DNA from: an uncultured Candidatus Saccharibacteria bacterium | GTDB lineage: Bacteria > Patescibacteriota > Saccharimonadia > CAILAD01 > BJGX01 | Assembly (NCBI GenBank): GCA_964637185.1 | Contig: CAZWVB010000001.1 | Span: forward strand, 68,539-132,538 | DNA length: 64,000 nt | Direction: 5' to 3' | Shown: positions 8,491 to 17,910 of the stretch, in pieces | How the letters are laid out: each line of letters opens with the position of its first letter | Numbering within the stretch: position 1 is the stretch's first letter | Translations under genes and position numbers: made by a program | Notes under the pieces: model-generated | Seen by the model: only the letters and a program-made list of their open reading frames with translations | Databases searched by the model: none | Told to the model about the DNA's origin: nothing

Positions 8491-9461
8491 CTTGGCTGTA
8501 GCTTGAACGCTAGGTATTTGCGGTGAATACCGCCGCCTTTCCAGGTAAATGCTTCTGTGGTGTAGTGGATAAGTGTGAGAACCACGGCAGCTGGCACAGC
8601 GTATTCTGGCGGCAGTGTGACTATAAGGAATGCTAGACCAACCGACACTACCAGACAAACTAGCCAAATAGGTAGGCTAAGCCGATTGGTGAGTTTGTAC
8701 ACGAGCTGATGTGCCTGTGCCTTGTTACGATTTGTATCATGGTCGATATAGAAAGTATAAGCAGTAAAATCATGTACAAGGCGAGGTAATAGAATTGCGA
8801 AGAATGGAAAACCAGTCGCAAATGCCAATGTAGTGCCTAGCACCAGTGCAGTGTTGGCTCCCAGATAGTATTTTCCAAGCTTGGATTCGAGTTTGGTAGT
8901 AAGTATCACGGCTAGAACAATACTAACCACACCACCAAGCATTATTAGGCTGTAGAGTACTCGGGGATTGAGCCAACTAGGCATGCCGGCGATAAATCCA
9001 ATACTTGCCGCTACTAGAAGTGAGGTAGTCAAGAATACCCAGCCCCAGGCATCGTACAGTTTTGATGGTTGTCGGTTGAGCATCTTACCTACACCAATCT
9101 GTTGTTTACCTACATGGTAGATGGTCCAGGCGTAGAAGAATGCATAAAATCCTCCTATGCCGGTGCTCAGAAGAATAACAGCGATTAATCCGGCTACGAT
9201 AGTGCCATGTATGATAAGCTTCTTGTGATAAAACCGTAAGTACTCTGGGTCGAGTAAGATCATACTACTAGCAACAATGTGAGGCTTTTCAAATATTATA
9301 CTGAGTATGAATACCTGTTGTGGTGACTGTGGTAGTTGTTGTTGGAGATTTAGGTGGAGCAAGTAGTTTGCTGCCAATATTAGTAAAAAAACAGGTACTA
9401 CTAGGTAGGGTAAGAACAGCACTTTTGGGGTGATTTGGAGTTTTGCTGAAACTGCTGGCAT
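8487..9461 (-). CDS. polytopic membrane protein, unknown function
   Basis: 324 aa with 8-9 hydrophobic segments. Confidence 0.6.
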   Translation of the reverse strand: MPAVSAKLQITPKVLFLPYLVVPVFLLILAANYLLHLNLQQQLPQSPQQVFILSIIFEKPHIVASSMILLDPEYLRFYHKKLIIHGTIVAGLIAVILLSTGIGGFYAFFYAWTIYHVGKQQIGVGKMLNRQPSKLYDAWGWVFLTTSLLVAASIGFIAGMPSWLNPRVLYSLIMLGGVVSIVLAVILTTKLESKLGKYYLGANTALVLGTTLAFATGFPFFAILLPRLVHDFTAYTFYIDHDTNRNKAQAHQLVYKLTNRLSLPIWLVCLVVSVGLAFLIVTLPPEYAVPAAVVLTLIHYTTEAFTWKGGGIHRKYLAFKLQPS

Positions 9462-9480
9462 TTCTACATTGTAGCAGGAC

Positions 9481-9509
9481 TTGAAAAACTTCGGTATTTC
9501 AGATATAAT
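9481..9509 (+). promoter_or_regulatory. sigma70-like promoter (TTGAAA-17-TATAAT) for rpmG with very short leader
   Basis: Hexamers read directly; -10 ends 11 nt before ATG 9521. Confidence 0.5.
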
Positions 9510-9520
9510 CTACTACCATT

Positions 9521-9709
9521 ATGGCAAAGAAAACCAACCGAGCACTCTTTCGTATGGTAAACAAAGAAACAGGTAGTGTTTACTATACCCGTAAGAACTC
9601 TATCAATACTCCAGATAAGCTTGAACTCAAGAAATACGATCCCAAGATCCGCAAAGTAGCGTTATTCAAAGAGATTAAGGCTGATCTTGGCCGCAACGTC
9701 GTCAAATAA
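9521..9709 (+). CDS. rpmG: 50S ribosomal protein L33 (Cys-less form)
   Basis: TPDKLELKKYDPKIRKVALFKE matches the L33 core; zinc Cys replaced. Confidence 0.75.
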   Translation: MAKKTNRALFRMVNKETGSVYYTRKNSINTPDKLELKKYDPKIRKVALFKEIKADLGRNVVK

Positions 9710-9817
9710 GTTACGACCCATCCTCTTGGGATACTTCTTCGTCAAGTTCTCCGTTGCTCGTTCACTGTAGGTATACTACAGCTCGCTTTGCTACTCGAAC
9801 TTTCCTTGAATTATTCT

Positions 9818-9845
9818 CAAGATCAAGGGTCTTGATTGTTTTTGC
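9818..9845 (+). terminator. intrinsic terminator (ATCAAG-GGT-CTTGAT + TGTTTTT)
   Basis: Hairpin plus T-run after rpmG. Confidence 0.5.
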
Positions 9846-9905
9846 AGTGTACTTTTGAACTTGCTCACGATTGAAAATATACATCTATCTGATACAATTG
9901 GTGTC

Positions 9906-10586
9906 ATGAAAAAATATCTTCCTACTATTCTTGTAGTCCTCGCAGTTTTAGGTGTAGTGGCATTTATTGTATGGGCATTGATGCGACCTGAACAATCTGC
10001 TGACCAGGCCAAAACTTTAAGTGCTCAGGAAACTGCAGAGCTTCAGCAGGGTCATAGCTTGGGTAATTCTGATAGCAAGGTAGTATTGACTGAGTTTGGT
10101 GACTATCAATGCCCGGCTTGTGGACAGTGGCATCCATTTATCAAGGACACAGTATTGCCAAAGTACCAAGACCGCATAAAGTTTGTGTTCAAGAACCTTC
10201 CGTTGGTGAATATTCATAAGAACGCATTGATCGCTGCTCAAGCTGCCGAGGCTGCTGCCTTGCAGGGAAAGTTTTGGGAGATGCACAACAAGCTTTATGA
10301 GACTCAAGCTCAGTGGGAGAATGATAGCAATGATCAAGCCAAGGGTAAGTTTGAAGGCTACGCACGCGAGCTAGGCCTAGATGTTGGAAGGTGGAAGAAT
10401 GACTTTGATAGTGCTCAAGTGCGGGATATTATCAAGGCCGATAGTGCCCTGGCAGACAAGCTACAGCTACCAGGCACACCAAGTTTTCTGATCAATGGCC
10501 AAATTGTTGACACTAAGAATGGATTTGAGGATCTTACCAATGCGCTCGACAAAGCTCTGGGTCAAAGCCCACAACCCAGCCAGTAA
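9906..10586 (+). CDS. membrane-anchored DsbA-like thiol:disulfide oxidoreductase
   Basis: N-terminal TM; thioredoxin fold with CPAC active site (GDYQCPACGQWHP). Confidence 0.75.
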   Translation: MKKYLPTILVVLAVLGVVAFIVWALMRPEQSADQAKTLSAQETAELQQGHSLGNSDSKVVLTEFGDYQCPACGQWHPFIKDTVLPKYQDRIKFVFKNLPLVNIHKNALIAAQAAEAAALQGKFWEMHNKLYETQAQWENDSNDQAKGKFEGYARELGLDVGRWKNDFDSAQVRDIIKADSALADKLQLPGTPSFLINGQIVDTKNGFEDLTNALDKALGQSPQPSQ

Positions 10587-11019
10587 GTGGTTATATATTG
10601 CCCTCGGCTTAACTTCGATTGTGGGGTTGGTAGATGCTACTTATTTAACCATTACACACTATACTAAGGCACTTGTGCCTTGTTCTGTAACACATGGTTG
10701 TGAAACTGTGTTACGTAGTAGCTATGCCGAGGTATTAGGAGTCCCCATCGCTGCATTTGGTATATTATTTTATCTAGTAGTACTGGTCGTGTCGGTACAG
10801 AGTTACTTTTCTAATCGTTATACACCACTACTACCATTGTGGGCGGCAATTGGATTTCTAAGCACCCTCTACCTGCTATATATCCAAGCATTTGTACTCC
10901 ATGCCTGGTGTCAGTATTGTTTGCTTTCGGCGGCAACTTCAACCGTAATATTTGGTTTAGGCATGGTATTATGGATGGTGAATAAGGGTAAGAATAAATT
11001 GGCCGAGAAAATCGAATAA
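10495..11019 (+). CDS. vitamin K epoxide reductase (VKOR) family protein; start uncertain (overlaps DsbA-like gene by 92 nt in another frame)
   Basis: Loop Cys pair CSVTHGC and TM4 CQYC active site; 4 TM helices. Confidence 0.75.
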   Translation: MAKLLTLRMDLRILPMRSTKLWVKAHNPASKWLYIALGLTSIVGLVDATYLTITHYTKALVPCSVTHGCETVLRSSYAEVLGVPIAAFGILFYLVVLVVSVQSYFSNRYTPLLPLWAAIGFLSTLYLLYIQAFVLHAWCQYCLLSAATSTVIFGLGMVLWMVNKGKNKLAEKIE

Positions 11020-11037
11020 TAACAAACAGGAGTGGTG

Positions 11038-11379
11038 ATGACAAAAAAACTAGACAACATAATTGAATTCTACGGAGAAACTTGCCCGCATTGTTTGAGC
11101 ATGAAACCAATTGTTGCTGAGCTCGAGAAAGACCGTGGCATTGAAATAACAAAGCTTGAGGTCTGGGAGCATCCGGAGAACGAAGAGCGAATGCAAAAGT
11201 ATGTAGATATTATTAGTGAAGCCTGTGGTGGGCTGCCAGGCGTGCCAAGCTTTGTAAATACTGATACCAATCAAGCTCTTTGCGGGGCGCATGACAAAGA
11301 AGATATTCTTGCATTGATAGATGGCGCTGATTGCAAAGAAAATGTCTGCAAACCCCACTCTAAGATGAAGAAAAAATAA
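11038..11379 (+). CDS. thioredoxin-fold protein (CPHC active site)
   Basis: FYGETCPHC motif; AGGAG RBS. Confidence 0.65.
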   Translation: MTKKLDNIIEFYGETCPHCLSMKPIVAELEKDRGIEITKLEVWEHPENEERMQKYVDIISEACGGLPGVPSFVNTDTNQALCGAHDKEDILALIDGADCKENVCKPHSKMKKK

Positions 11380-11536
11380 TGCGTAAGGCCAAGGCTCGAA
11401 AGCTACCAGCATGGACCAGCCTTAACCACCTTCGTAATCGCATGAAGGGGCTGGCAAGAAGTGTAGGTAGGCCGACCAACCAACGCGAGCTGCGTGGCCA
11501 TGAACACCCTAAAGAGCCAGATAGGAACAAAAAGTA

Positions 11537-11809
11537 GTGCGAAAGCGACTGCCCGAGTTTGCTATTGGCGGCGAGGTGCTTTGGCTAGTATTGTTTTTTG
11601 TATCTGTCTCAAGCGGTGAATTTTTCAAGAACATGGTTATTTGGATTCCAGTACTGTTAGTAGTAAATATAATTTCAGTAATACTTGCAACCATAGGGTT
11701 CTTCCATGGCAATCATAAATTAAGCATAGGCGCTATGGCAGCAGCAGGTATTGAGTTTTTGATATTCTTCATAGCAATACTTCTGGGTTTGGCAGCACAT
11801 ACTATTTAA
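11537..11809 (+). CDS. small membrane protein, hypothetical
   Basis: Three hydrophobic helices; GTG start; weak support. Confidence 0.35.
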   Translation: MRKRLPEFAIGGEVLWLVLFFVSVSSGEFFKNMVIWIPVLLVVNIISVILATIGFFHGNHKLSIGAMAAAGIEFLIFFIAILLGLAAHTI

Positions 11810-11901
11810 ATAGCTTGGCAAAAGGCTATCTCTAGCCTCGAGGCGATAAGATTGCTACAATACATACATAAGCGTATTAAACAGGAAGGTGACGAACTAA
11901 T

Positions 11902-12957
11902 ATGACACGTGTGGCAATCAATGGTTTTGGTCGTATCGGGCGTAATGCATTTAAGATAGCATTTGAGAAGGATGATCTTGAGATAGTCGCCATCAACGAT
12001 CTCACCGACAATAAAACCCTGGCCTACTTACTCAAACATGACAGTAACTATGGCGAGTATCACAAAGATGTTAGCTACGACGACAATAACTTGATTATTG
12101 GAGATTACGACGCTAATGATGATAAGGTTCGTCAAACTACGATCCCTGTATTTGAGGAAATGGACCCAGCTAAACTTCCTTGGGCCAAACTAAATGTCGA
12201 TATTGTAATTGAGTCAACTGGTCATTTTACGGACGCGGCTGGCGCATCGCTACATATTAAGGCAGGCGCCAAGAAAGTGATAATATCAGCGCCAGCAAAG
12301 GGCAACGATAGCAAGGTACGGACACATGTAATTGGAGTAAATGATAGTGATATTGATCATGCAACCAGCGTTATATCCAACGCATCTTGTACAACGAATT
12401 GCATCACTCCGGTGGCAGCGGTAATAGAAAAGGCTTTGGGTATTGAAAAAGCTATGATGACCACTGTCCACAGCTATACAGCGAGTCAAGCTTTGCAAGA
12501 CGGTCCAGCCAAAGATATTCGTGAAAGTCGTGCAGCTGCTGAGAATATCGTGCCTACAACCACAGGGGCAACTATTGCGGCAGCACAAGCTTTGCCAGCA
12601 CTTGAGGGAGTGTTTACTGGTTTGAGTATACGTGTTCCTACTCCGGTGGTGTCCTTGTCCGACTTTACCTTCCTAACCAAGAAGGACACTACTATTGAAG
12701 AGGTCAATCTGCTAATCAAACAGGCAACTGACACGCCACGGCTCAAAGGCATTCTGAACTGGACCGAAGAGGAGCTTGTTAGTACTGACTTTATTGGTGA
12801 CCCCCATAGTGCTATAGCAGATCTTAACTTAACAAATGTGGTTGGTGGCAATATGGTAAAGGTAGTGGCTTGGTATGACAACGAATGGGGTTACTCCAAC
12901 CGTTTGGTGGAGATGGTCGAGTTGGTTGGAAAAACCTTAACTGGCAAGAAACAGTAG
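11902..12957 (+). CDS. gap: glyceraldehyde-3-phosphate dehydrogenase
   Basis: INGFGRIGR NAD motif and SNASCTTNC catalytic Cys. Confidence 0.9.
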   Translation: MTRVAINGFGRIGRNAFKIAFEKDDLEIVAINDLTDNKTLAYLLKHDSNYGEYHKDVSYDDNNLIIGDYDANDDKVRQTTIPVFEEMDPAKLPWAKLNVDIVIESTGHFTDAAGASLHIKAGAKKVIISAPAKGNDSKVRTHVIGVNDSDIDHATSVISNASCTTNCITPVAAVIEKALGIEKAMMTTVHSYTASQALQDGPAKDIRESRAAAENIVPTTTGATIAAAQALPALEGVFTGLSIRVPTPVVSLSDFTFLTKKDTTIEEVNLLIKQATDTPRLKGILNWTEEELVSTDFIGDPHSAIADLNLTNVVGGNMVKVVAWYDNEWGYSNRLVEMVELVGKTLTGKKQ

Positions 12958-12959
12958 TA

Positions 12960-13406
12960 ATGAAAGTCTACATTGCATCTGACCATGCTGGCTTTGTAAA
13001 GAAGAACGAGCTGACTGAAGAGTTGAGCTCACGCTACAATATGGTTGATCTAGGCCCAGACACCCTCGATCCAACCGACGATTATCCTGTCTATGCTGAA
13101 AAAGTAGCCAAGGCAGTAGCTGCCGAGCCGGGCAGCTTTGGGATCCTGCTTTGTCGTAGTGGTGAGGGTATGGAGATCGCTGCCAACAAGGTTGATGGAG
13201 CTCGAGCAGCCTTGGTCTGGAAGCCTCATCTAGCTGCAGAAACCCGCAGTGACAATGATAGTAATATATTGGTATTTGCTAGTGGTGAACACAATATTGA
13301 TGAGATGTCAGAGATTGCCGAAGTGTTCTTGACTACACCGTTTTCGCACGCTGCCAGGCACGAGCGCCGGTTGGGTGAGATTGAGGAGATCGAAGGGAAC
13401 AAATGA
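12960..13406 (+). CDS. rpiB: ribose-5-phosphate isomerase B (RpiB/LacAB family)
   Basis: MKVYIASDHAGF...CRSGEGMEIAANKV motifs. Confidence 0.85.
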   Translation: MKVYIASDHAGFVKKNELTEELSSRYNMVDLGPDTLDPTDDYPVYAEKVAKAVAAEPGSFGILLCRSGEGMEIAANKVDGARAALVWKPHLAAETRSDNDSNILVFASGEHNIDEMSEIAEVFLTTPFSHAARHERRLGEIEEIEGNK

Positions 13407-14035
13407 CTCGAATCGTACCAGCTATATTGACTGCCGATCGTTCAACGCTGGTGTCTCAACTCAACTTAGTTCGCCAGCTGACTTCACGTGTCCAAATTGA
13501 TTGCATTGATACTAGTTTTGTAGATAACGCGACTGTACCGATTGCCGAGCTACCTAAGCCGATCGATACAAAGGTAGATTTAGATATTATGAGCCGGGAG
13601 ACTCCGAAAGTAGTGGAACAGGCTGTTTCATACGGACCACAGCTGATAATAGTACATTTTGAACTGGTTGATGACCTTGCACCCATAATAGCTCGTGTAA
13701 AAAAAGCCGGCATCCAGTTGGGTCTAGCTATTGACCCCGATACAACTGTAAAACAAATCAAGCCATTTTTGGATGAGCTTGATGCTGTTGTAATCATGGG
13801 TTATCCGGCAGGGTTTGCTGGGCAAAAGTTCCAGCCAGATGTTTTACAAAAAGTTGAGCAGTTGCGCACAATCAACAACGACGTAGAGATAAGCCTTGAT
13901 GGCGGGACTAGCCTTACGACAATCGCTAAAATATGTGCTACCAATTTAGATATTGCATATGCCAACTCGGCTTTGTTTGCTGCACAAGATCCACTAACAA
14001 GCTATTCAGAACTAATGGAGAAGTGCGGCATATGA
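13403..14035 (+). CDS. rpe: ribulose-phosphate 3-epimerase-like (divergent metal ligands)
   Basis: IVPAILTAD, MGYPAGFAGQKF and SLDGG segments align with Rpe; two canonical His ligands are replaced (QIDCID, DLDIM). Confidence 0.6.
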   Translation: MTRIVPAILTADRSTLVSQLNLVRQLTSRVQIDCIDTSFVDNATVPIAELPKPIDTKVDLDIMSRETPKVVEQAVSYGPQLIIVHFELVDDLAPIIARVKKAGIQLGLAIDPDTTVKQIKPFLDELDAVVIMGYPAGFAGQKFQPDVLQKVEQLRTINNDVEISLDGGTSLTTIAKICATNLDIAYANSALFAAQDPLTSYSELMEKCGI

Positions 14036-14907
14036 AAGTAAAACAGCTTGAGCTTCAAGCCAATCAAATACGACAAGACATCATCAAGATGTTGATTGCT
14101 GCTGGTAGTGGGCATAGTGCTGGTCCACTAGGGATGGCAGATGTATTGACGGCACTATACTTTGTGGTACTCAATCACGATCCCAAAAGGCCAAGCTGGC
14201 CCGATCGTGATAGATTAGTATTAAGCAATGGTCACATCAACCCTGTTCTTTATGCTGCAATGGCTCGATCCGGGTATTTCCCCGTTAAAGAACTTATGAG
14301 TTTGCGCAAGTTTGGGAGCCGATTGCAAGGGCATCCGGAGCGTGTACGATTGCCAGGTCTTGAAACTACTAGTGGCCCACTCGGGTCTGGCCTCAGCCAG
14401 GCTGCTGGTATGGCGCTGGGCCTGCGGATGGATGGTAGTAAGTTGCAGCGAGTATATTGTTTGACGTCCGATGGCGAACACGATGAGGGTAATACGTGGG
14501 AGGCCGCTATGTTTGCTGGCAAAAACAAGCTCAATAATCTGACGATGATCGTGGATCGCAATAATATCCAGATAGATGGTTATACTGAGAATATTATGCC
14601 GCTAGAGCCTTTTGCTATGAAGTATCAAGCATTTAACTGGCATGTCATAGAAGTAGACGGCCACAACTTTGAAGAGATTGTGGCAGCTTGCGATCAGGCC
14701 AAAGCTATTTTTGAAAAGCCTACATGTATAATCGCACATACAATTCCTGGCAAGGGTGTAGACTATATGGAATATGATTTTCATTGGCATGGCCACCCGC
14801 CTGGGGTGCAGGATGAGGTAGGGGCACCACCCAAAGATCAACAAGATAGGGTGGCATTGGAGCGCTTACGGACTCTCAACGGCCGGATCCGATCGGAGCA
14901 CGAATGA
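14032..14907 (+). CDS. tkt: transketolase, N-terminal (TPP-binding) subunit
   Basis: GSGHSAGPLG, GDG...N and HGHP motifs; split-gene arrangement. Confidence 0.85.
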   Translation: MKVKQLELQANQIRQDIIKMLIAAGSGHSAGPLGMADVLTALYFVVLNHDPKRPSWPDRDRLVLSNGHINPVLYAAMARSGYFPVKELMSLRKFGSRLQGHPERVRLPGLETTSGPLGSGLSQAAGMALGLRMDGSKLQRVYCLTSDGEHDEGNTWEAAMFAGKNKLNNLTMIVDRNNIQIDGYTENIMPLEPFAMKYQAFNWHVIEVDGHNFEEIVAACDQAKAIFEKPTCIIAHTIPGKGVDYMEYDFHWHGHPPGVQDEVGAPPKDQQDRVALERLRTLNGRIRSEHE

Positions 14908-15881
14908 ATCTAGTAAAGTCACAACAGCTTACAAATAAGCTTTTTCATGAGGACATTGAAATGGTACCGATCAGAAAAGGTTTTGGCGAGGGGCTGCTTG
15001 CTGCCGGCGAAGCCGACAAAACAATCGTGGCACTCTGTGCTGATTTAACCGAATCTACGCAAATGGAGGCTTTTGCACAAGCCTATCCGGAGCGTTATGT
15101 TGAGATTGGCGTAGCTGAGCAGAATCTAGTCACAGTTGCTTCTGGATTGGCGGCCGTTGGTAAAAAGCCGTTTGTTACTAGCTATGCCGGATTCAGCCCT
15201 GGTCGCAACTGGGAGCAGATACGAACCACGATTTGTTTGAATCAGCAAAACGTTAAAATCGTGGGATCACATGCGGGAGTATCTGTTGGCCCCGATGGAG
15301 CCACCCACCAAATGCTAGAAGACATAGCTCTAATGCGTGTGCTGCCTAACATGGTAGTGGTTGTGCCCTGTGATGCCAATGAAGCTCGTAAGGCAACATT
15401 GGCTTTTGCCAAGACCAAAACTCCAGCCTACCTGCGATTGGCACGTGACAAAACTGCTGTTGTTACGACCGAGCAATCACCATTTGAGATTGGCAGGGCC
15501 AATGTGCTTTGCGAAGGAAGCGATCTTACGATTGTGGCATGTGGGCCGCTTGTGTACGAAGCCTTGTTGGCAGCCAAGAAGCTTTTGCCAAAGTACAGCA
15601 TCGAAGTAATCAACTGTCATACTGTCAAACCACTTGATGATAAGACTATTCTTAAGAGTGTCAAAAAGACAGGGTGTGTGTTGAGCGTCGAAGAAGCTCA
15701 ATCAGCCGGTGGCCTGGGTGGAGCAATCGCAGAACTATTAAGCGACAAGTTGCCAGCACCCCTAAAGCGCATAGGTGTGCAGGACCAGTTCGGCCAGTCT
15801 GGTACTGTTGCCGAGCTGTGGCAGCACTATAAGCTAGATGCTGAAGCAATAGCAAATACCGCAAGAGGATTGATCAAATGA
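14904..15881 (+). CDS. tkt: transketolase, C-terminal (pyrimidine-binding) subunit
   Basis: RKGFGEGL, EIGVAEQN and SHAGVSVGPDGATHQ motifs; overlaps the upstream subunit (ATGA). Confidence 0.85.
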   Translation: MNLVKSQQLTNKLFHEDIEMVPIRKGFGEGLLAAGEADKTIVALCADLTESTQMEAFAQAYPERYVEIGVAEQNLVTVASGLAAVGKKPFVTSYAGFSPGRNWEQIRTTICLNQQNVKIVGSHAGVSVGPDGATHQMLEDIALMRVLPNMVVVVPCDANEARKATLAFAKTKTPAYLRLARDKTAVVTTEQSPFEIGRANVLCEGSDLTIVACGPLVYEALLAAKKLLPKYSIEVINCHTVKPLDDKTILKSVKKTGCVLSVEEAQSAGGLGGAIAELLSDKLPAPLKRIGVQDQFGQSGTVAELWQHYKLDAEAIANTARGLIK

Positions 15882-16861
15882 TCAAACCATTGGTAATATA
15901 CGGCGCCTCTCGTGCTGAAGTATTTGCTGTCTCCCGTCGTATGAAGCCAGAAAAACACGAGCGCCGCAAACTGATTGTATTTGAACATGAGCATGATGTG
16001 TGGCTCGATAACGCCATAGTCGAAGTTGGTGGCGGTGGGCTAATTGGCGCCATGGTGGCCATACGTCAAGGCATAAAACCAATATTGGTAAGTAAAATTG
16101 GCAACGACACTGTTGGGAAAATGATACTAGCTAGTTTGGAAGATGATCATATTTCTACAAACCACATTGTGCAAGATTCTAAGCATCATAGTGATATGAA
16201 TGTTCATCTTACTATGAGTGGACGTGAGCAGACTTTATTACGATTCAACGGGTCATTCTTATCGTTATATAGCAAAAATACTGTAATGCCAAAAGTAAGC
16301 CGAGGTTACTTATATATAGCCACTTTGCCACCTGAGCTTAGCCAGCTTAAGGCGCTTTTGCAATGGGCCAGCCAGCAACACATGACAACAATTATTAGGG
16401 CTCACGATGTACATTTGGTAAAGTCACATAAGTTAATGGATCTGCTTGGCCAGGCTCATATGATTATTATGAATCGTGACGAGCTAAGTTTGCTGCTAGG
16501 TGGCTACTTTGAGTCCAAAGAGTTGATAGCTCGTGCCTACAATGTGGGCTTACGCAATATAGCAATATTTGATGGGGTTGAGGGCTATTTTGTCTTAAGC
16601 GAGACCGTAGCGATCGAGATGGCTGGGAACAAGAAGATCAAACCGCTCGAAAACACTGGTGTTGAAGAAAGTTTTGCAGCTATGTTTGTAAGTGCGCTAG
16701 TACTTGGACAATCGCCCGAACAATCGTTATTGATTGCTGCCACTCAAGCTGATGCTGCCATGACAGTTGTTGGAACTCGTTCGGCGCTCTTAAGAAAACC
16801 AGTAGTAAAAGCACGTAAGCTTAAACAGTACCAGCTACAAGATCAAGGAGATAAACTATGA
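15878..16861 (+). CDS. PfkB-family carbohydrate kinase paralog with degenerate catalytic motif
   Basis: GG anion-hole region present, but DTxGAGD replaced by ENTGVEESFAA. Confidence 0.6.
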   Translation: MIKPLVIYGASRAEVFAVSRRMKPEKHERRKLIVFEHEHDVWLDNAIVEVGGGGLIGAMVAIRQGIKPILVSKIGNDTVGKMILASLEDDHISTNHIVQDSKHHSDMNVHLTMSGREQTLLRFNGSFLSLYSKNTVMPKVSRGYLYIATLPPELSQLKALLQWASQQHMTTIIRAHDVHLVKSHKLMDLLGQAHMIIMNRDELSLLLGGYFESKELIARAYNVGLRNIAIFDGVEGYFVLSETVAIEMAGNKKIKPLENTGVEESFAAMFVSALVLGQSPEQSLLIAATQADAAMTVVGTRSALLRKPVVKARKLKQYQLQDQGDKL

Positions 16862-17865
16862 AACATCATTTGGAAATGTTGGCAATTGGCGATGTGGTAA
16901 CTGATGCTTTTATAGAGTTATTACCGACCGAGGCCAAGCTGTCGCAAGATAGTCATAGGCATCCACTGCTTTGTATGAGTTACGGTACAAAGATCCCGTT
17001 TCAAGAAGAAATTACGGTCAATGGAGTGGGGAATGCCCCAAATGCCGCCGTTGCTTGGGCAAAACTCGACTTTAGCTCAGCACTTATGAGTAATATTGGC
17101 AACGATCAAGTCGGACAAGACATATTGCACGCTTTGATTGATCACAAAGTATCGACGGAGTTTATACGTATACATGCCAATAAGGTCAGTAATTATCACT
17201 ACGTGTTGTGGTACAAGAGTGATCGTACAATTTTGATAAAACACGAAGCATACAACTATGCTTGGCCGCACATAAGCGAATATCAGCGGCCCGAGTGGAT
17301 TTACCTAAGTTCGGTTGGCGAAGCTGGTTTTGATATGCACCAAAAGCTCGAGCATTACATCGACAAGAACCCGTCTGTGAAACTAGTATTTCAGCCCGGC
17401 ACTTTCCAAATACGAGCCGGACAAGCAAAACTTAAAAAGCTGTATCAACAAACAGAGATATTTGCTGCCAACAAAGAAGAATTCCAGCAAATACTTGATA
17501 ATAATACTAGTGACGAGAAGCGACTAATTGCTAAGATGCACGAACTTGGGCCCAAAACCGTTCTTTTAACTGATGGACCCAAAGGAGCATTTGCATCGGA
17601 TGGCAACCAGCTGATGTTTATGGCACCATACCCTGACCCTAAACCACCACTTGATAGGACAGGAGCCGGCGACTGTTACGCCAGTACGTTTGCGGCAGCT
17701 ACGGCACTTGGCAAAGATTTGTCTGAAGCTTTAGCATGGGCGGGGGTAAACTCCATGAGTGTTGTGCAAGAAATAGGTGCTCAGGCTGGCTTACTCAATC
17801 GTACTGCTATAGCAAAACTACTTAAGTCGGCGCCTACAAGCTACAAGGCCAAACAAATAAAGTAA
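16858..17865 (+). CDS. PfkB-family carbohydrate/nucleoside kinase
   Basis: DRTGAGDCYASTF catalytic motif; ribokinase-like fold. Confidence 0.75.
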   Translation: MKHHLEMLAIGDVVTDAFIELLPTEAKLSQDSHRHPLLCMSYGTKIPFQEEITVNGVGNAPNAAVAWAKLDFSSALMSNIGNDQVGQDILHALIDHKVSTEFIRIHANKVSNYHYVLWYKSDRTILIKHEAYNYAWPHISEYQRPEWIYLSSVGEAGFDMHQKLEHYIDKNPSVKLVFQPGTFQIRAGQAKLKKLYQQTEIFAANKEEFQQILDNNTSDEKRLIAKMHELGPKTVLLTDGPKGAFASDGNQLMFMAPYPDPKPPLDRTGAGDCYASTFAAATALGKDLSEALAWAGVNSMSVVQEIGAQAGLLNRTAIAKLLKSAPTSYKAKQIK

Positions 17866-17910
17866 TGCTTATACTTACAGACGGGGCCTACGACTTGGTA
17901 TAATACGCTT

